Part shown: positions 16,497 through 20,000 of the stretch, one piece after another | Layout of the letters: every line of letters begins with the position of its first letter | Numbering within the stretch: the stretch's first letter is position 1 | Origin: an uncultured virus (IMG/VR IMGVR_UViG_3300025759_000060) | Lineage: Duplodnaviria > Heunggongvirae > Uroviricota > Caudoviricetes | Direction: 5' to 3' (one strand) | Virus record (IMG/VR): IMGVR_UViG_3300025759_000060 | DNA length: 20,000 nt | Notes under the pieces: generated by a model | Database searches by the model: none | The model's input: only the letters and a program-made list of their open reading frames with translations | Told to the model about the DNA's origin: nothing | Position numbers and translations under genes: made by a program

Positions 16497-17560
16497 TATA
16501 CGCTCTGATCAAAATGAGTTCTGTTAACCAAGTTAAATTCTGCACACTTATTCATATCTTTGAGCTTTGTCGCTCCGATATACGCACAGGCACTACGTAG
16601 ACCACCAAGTACATCTAATATAATGTCTTTCACTCGACCCTTGTATGGTATTTCTTTTACACGGCCTTCACTTGCTCTGTAATTTTTTACTCCACCATAT
16701 TTTGTTTGTGCTTCACTTGAAGACATGCCATAAAACTTTAGAGACTTTCTAACCATTTTACTACCGTCTGGTAGCCACTCGTATTGCCAATCACCTTCGC
16801 ATTCATATGTTCCAGCTAACATACCGCCCAGCATAACAAAATCTGCACCAGCAGCAAACGCTTTGCATACATCGGCAGGATTTCTACAACCACCATCAGC
16901 ACACACTAGTCCTAGTCTCCCATCTCCGTTACGTAAACCATGCGCTGCATGACTACACTCAATTATAGCTGATAACTGAGGGAATCCAACACCAGTTTTT
17001 AATCTTGTTGTGCAAGCAGATCCGGGTCCAATACCTATCTTAACAATATCTACTCCACCATGCAAGATTAATTCTTGTACCATCTCTGGAGTGCAAACAT
17101 TACCAGCCATTATAATAGTATGTTTGCTTACATGTCTTCTCACCCTGTGGCAAAAGTCAACAAAGTCATCTGTATAACCATTGGCTACATCTATACATAT
17201 ATTAGGCTTCATGCCTGATTTTTCTTTAAACTCATTGTACTTAAAAATATCTGCGTCTTTAATACCTATACTATACCACTGAGTTTCAGGGTAATATAAT
17301 TCACGTACTAGATCATCTACCTCATAGTGCTTATGCAGGCACGTTGGCATAGCATATTCAGCTAATGTTTTAGACATGGCGAAACTACCAGTTGTGTCCA
17401 TGTTCGCCGCGAAGATGGGTACACCTTCCCATACGTTATCAGAATGATAGAAAGAGAAATTGCGTACCAGTTTAATATCAGATCGTGAAGCAGTTCTGCT
17501 TCTGTGGGGTGCTAATAATACGTCATCAAAGTCTAGCTTAGGCTCGTAATTAATTTTCAT
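16496..17560 (-). CDS. guaC: GMP reductase
   Basis: LDFDDVLL, AANMDT, LHKHY, IDVANGY, GIGPGSACTTR, ADGG, FYGMSS, YRASEG; no CBS domains. Confidence 0.93.
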   Translation of the reverse strand: MKINYEPKLDFDDVLLAPHRSRTASRSDIKLVRNFSFYHSDNVWEGVPIFAANMDTTGSFAMSKTLAEYAMPTCLHKHYEVDDLVRELYYPETQWYSIGIKDADIFKYNEFKEKSGMKPNICIDVANGYTDDFVDFCHRVRRHVSKHTIIMAGNVCTPEMVQELILHGGVDIVKIGIGPGSACTTRLKTGVGFPQLSAIIECSHAAHGLRNGDGRLGLVCADGGCRNPADVCKAFAAGADFVMLGGMLAGTYECEGDWQYEWLPDGSKMVRKSLKFYGMSSSEAQTKYGGVKNYRASEGRVKEIPYKGRVKDIILDVLGGLRSACAYIGATKLKDMNKCAEFNLVNRTHFDQSV

Positions 17561-17562
17561 GA

Positions 17563-17847
17563 TTAGTATTGTCCGTTTTTAAACCAAAACAGTGCTTTCT
17601 CAGATTCATATTCAGATAGATCATGATTTTCCTGATATGTACGTTGATGTTCTAAATGTTTATTATCTGTTATATTATTATATATGTCAGTCGCTAAACC
17701 TTTAACGCTTGTGGCTAAACCTCCAGCTGATTCATCGTCTTTAGCCCAAGTGTACTCATATGTATATTCATCGGTATTTTCTGCTTTTTCTCTTGAGACA
17801 TTATAACCTTTTGCTTTAGCCCACTTTTTTATTTCTGACCATTTCAT
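17563..17847 (-). CDS. Hypothetical protein
   Basis: 94-aa ORF coupled to neighbours. Confidence 0.7.
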   Translation of the reverse strand: MKWSEIKKWAKAKGYNVSREKAENTDEYTYEYTWAKDDESAGGLATSVKGLATDIYNNITDNKHLEHQRTYQENHDLSEYESEKALFWFKNGQY

Positions 17848-18071
17848 TTATCTATTCCTTGACAATAATTATATATAAATTCTGACAATTGCAATAGTCT
17901 ATATTTATCTACTTCTGTAAATACCTGACAAAACTGAGCGTGGTTATAGCACATTTGAGTTGGCTTGTGCGTCTTGTCTACCATAGAGATAATAGTTTTA
18001 CCAGCATCTGTTTTAATTAACTCTACAGTTATATTATTTACTTCGTCTAATTTACAATAGTGTTTTTTCAT
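17844..18071 (-). CDS. Hypothetical protein
   Basis: 75-aa ORF, ATGA overlap at start. Confidence 0.65.
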   Translation of the reverse strand: MKKHYCKLDEVNNITVELIKTDAGKTIISMVDKTHKPTQMCYNHAQFCQVFTEVDKYRLLQLSEFIYNYCQGIDK

Positions 18072-18346
18072 AATCCAGTATTAATCCATATCAATTGTTG
18101 TACGTACATAACTAAACCAATCATGATTATTGTTAAAACAATAGGTGCAATCCAGTGATGAAGGAGTATGTCAGAACGTATATGAACAGACCAATAATCA
18201 CTGATCGCATTGTCAATTTCATCATCAGAGTAACTTTCATTTTTTAATACCCATCTTAATTGTTCTTCTGTTAATTGATCTTGTTCATCCCAGTATCTTT
18301 TTGCCATTACTAAAAGTCTTTCATCTTCATCTATATTTCTATACAT
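18068..18346 (-). CDS. Small protein with C-terminal TM helix
   Basis: 92 aa; WIAPIVLTIIMIGLVMYV. Confidence 0.7.
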   Translation of the reverse strand: MYRNIDEDERLLVMAKRYWDEQDQLTEEQLRWVLKNESYSDDEIDNAISDYWSVHIRSDILLHHWIAPIVLTIIMIGLVMYVQQLIWINTGL

Positions 18347-19265
18347 TTCCTTTCGTCAATTCTACCGCCTTGGTAGTAATCCAATTGTTTAAATCTACAG
18401 AAGGTTTCCATTTTAAAATGTTCTTAGCTTTAGTTATATCCGCTTTGGTATGCCTTGCTTCTCCTTTTCTTGGAGGTATATGAATGTGATCTGCTGTACC
18501 ACCCCCTACCATTTTAACTAAATCTAATACGCTATAACTATTACCTGTTCCTATGTTAAATAATTCTCCACAAGCTTCTTTAGGTGCGGTTATAGCCTTT
18601 ATATTAGCCTCTACGACATCAGACACATGTGTGTAGTCTCTAGTTTGTAAACCATCTCCAACAACAGTCATAGGTCTTTCCTCTGAGTATTGTTTTTGAA
18701 ATAGTCCAACAACTGGAGCGTATTGACCTTTAGTTGGTTGTCTTTCTCCGTAAACGTTAAAATATCTAAAAGTAATTGTTTCCAATCCATATAGATTGTA
18801 ATACATTCTAGCAAATTCTTCACCAGCAGTTTTTGTTATAGAGTATGGATTTAAACAATCTTTTTTCATATCTTCTCTAGAGGGAGTGGGGTTAGCTAAT
18901 CCATAAGCGGAGGATGTAGAAGAATAAATAACTCTTTTCACATCATTTTGTAGTGAATACTGTAAAACCCTGCACGTTCCGAGAACATTAGTTTTTATTG
19001 CTAATTCTGGATTTTCTAATGCTGGTTGTATTCTTGATTCTGCTGCTAAATGAAAAACGTAATCTACATTTTTAAATAGATTTTCTATATTATTAAATGT
19101 TATAGATACTTTGTGATAATTCGCTTTGTCGTTGTAATAAAAATTATCATTACATGTTGCTGATTCGTCGTCAATAACAACAACTTCATAGCCAAGATCA
19201 ACACATCTATCTACGACGTGAGACCCAATGAAACCACAACCGCCTGTTACTAATATTTTAGTCAT
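18339..19265 (-). CDS. NAD-dependent NDP-sugar epimerase/dehydratase (extended SDR, GalE/WbpP-like)
   Basis: Likely ATG at 19265 (MTKILVTGGCGFIGSH); HLAA, SSTSSAYG, YSITK (YxxxK), RYFNVYG, GDGLQTRDYTHV. Confidence 0.92.
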   Translation of the reverse strand: MTKILVTGGCGFIGSHVVDRCVDLGYEVVVIDDESATCNDNFYYNDKANYHKVSITFNNIENLFKNVDYVFHLAAESRIQPALENPELAIKTNVLGTCRVLQYSLQNDVKRVIYSSTSSAYGLANPTPSREDMKKDCLNPYSITKTAGEEFARMYYNLYGLETITFRYFNVYGERQPTKGQYAPVVGLFQKQYSEERPMTVVGDGLQTRDYTHVSDVVEANIKAITAPKEACGELFNIGTGNSYSVLDLVKMVGGGTADHIHIPPRKGEARHTKADITKAKNILKWKPSVDLNNWITTKAVELTKGNV

Positions 19266-19286
19266 AATTTTTCCTGAATAAAGACC

Positions 19287-19322
19287 GGGGTGGGGCAAGC
19301 CACACACTACTTGCCCCACCCC
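19287..19322 (-). terminator. GC-rich 13-bp perfect hairpin, terminator or RNA-processing element
   Basis: GGGGTGGGGCAAG / CTTGCCCCACCCC with 10-nt loop; followed on the minus strand by GGTCTTTATT (weak U-tract). Confidence 0.6.
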
Positions 19323-19334
19323 TCCCTACAGTCA

Positions 19335-20000
19335 CTAGCTAAGAACAGCTTCACGCTTTTTGAGAACGTTGTTAACACGCTCCAACTTAGCAGTGACCTC
19401 AACCACCCATTCCTGATTACGCTTCTTAAGATTAGAGTAGTCAATATCATCCTTTGTCATGTGGACGACACTCTTTAGTAAGTCTTCAAACTCACTGACA
19501 ACCTCATATTTGCAGCAGCGTAGTTTCTGACAACGGCAGTCGTTTGGTACACTTACAACATCGCGTGGATTTACCTTGCAAATCATAAGCTTGTTGCCAC
19601 CATCACCTTCGTTGTCATCCAAGTCAATCCCGCCATATGACTTGGCATAATCAAATGCTCCAACGTGTAGTCCAGCAGCACAATGATGTTCTCTGTTTCC
19701 ATTTACTTTGCTACGTGGAACCTCACACGTACTTCCAACATTGTTATCAAATGTATTAGAGTACAAATCTTTATAGTTAGAAGATACTGCTTTATATGCT
19801 AAGAAATGTCCATCAGGTGTGATAGGCATGTTCTTATTTTCCATAAACTCAAACAGTTCTGTGATAGCATGGTCAGATGGATTCTGTGACATGTTATCAA
19901 GGAAGTTAAGCATAGGCTCAAAAGGATAACCCTGCTGGATCATATCAAGGATTGTACCACCAAACATCTCTGGCATATCAATCCCATCCCATTTCATCTT
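19335..20000 (-). CDS. rIIB: rIIB-like protein (5' truncated by window)
   Basis: FLDNMSQNPS...ELFEFM...PITPDGHFLAYKAV...DNNVG...CAAGLH...KVNPRDVVSVP...KLRCCKYEV match T4 RIIB family motifs; frame is open to 20000. Confidence 0.85.
   Translation of the reverse strand, partial: KMKWDGIDMPEMFGGTILDMIQQGYPFEPMLNFLDNMSQNPSDHAITELFEFMENKNMPITPDGHFLAYKAVSSNYKDLYSNTFDNNVGSTCEVPRSKVNGNREHHCAAGLHVGAFDYAKSYGGIDLDDNEGDGGNKLMICKVNPRDVVSVPNDCRCQKLRCCKYEVVSEFEDLLKSVVHMTKDDIDYSNLKKRNQEWVVEVTAKLERVNNVLKKREAVLS

Noticed and set aside
16496..17560. IMP dehydrogenase (guaB)
   Set aside because: Length, absence of CBS domains and ANMD/DVANGY/YRASEG motifs fit GMP reductase
19266..19319. N-terminal extension of the epimerase from GTG at 19319 (similar extensions in ORFs 2923, 3402, 10612, 15214, 16065)
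   Set aside because: Extensions run through a hairpin, a promoter or the upstream gene; downstream ATGs fit RBS, coupling and domain starts better
426..19478. All plus-strand ORFs and nested alternative-frame minus ORFs (e.g. 426..716, 1240..1563, 6499..6753, 6847..7149, 19290..19478)
   Set aside because: Short, lie over well-supported minus-strand genes and show no recognisable motifs; shadow ORFs
1..20000. Stop-codon reassignment as seen in some large phages
   Set aside because: Conserved enzymes are full length in code 11 and TAA, TAG and TGA all end genes at tight junctions
1..20000. CRISPR array, tRNA, rRNA, IS elements
   Set aside because: Intergenic gaps are under about 120 nt and show no repeat-spacer periodicity, cloverleaf or transposase

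Overview
Gene-dense, AT-rich segment with every credible gene on the minus strand, tight ATGA/TAATG junctions and the standard genetic code. It reads as part of a large dsDNA (myo/jumbo-type) bacteriophage genome, given an rIIB-like gene, class II RNR, dCMP deaminase, SSB, a phage sigma-like factor and an Mtd_N tail domain. In transcription order (right to left): (1) rIIB-like gene, truncated at the window edge; (2) a glycan block with NDP-sugar epimerase, GMP reductase, GT-like genes, two sulfotransferases and a cytidylyltransferase; (3) nucleotide/replication genes (dCMP deaminase, tail-less SSB, NDT-like hydrolase, GT4); (4) a small sigma factor followed by a Gly/Ala/Thr-rich putative virion protein with a GGA-rich leader and terminator; (5) a holin-like TM+NGGSS protein fused to a PAS domain, a 2-TM holin-like protein, a signal-less papain (C1)-type cysteine peptidase, miniature tail-domain proteins and four membrane-anchored or exported proteins; (6) B12-dependent NrdJ. 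Block 5 is the best candidate for an undescribed system: a possible sensor-gated, protease-based lysis module. All family calls come from motif recognition by eye; no database searches were run.
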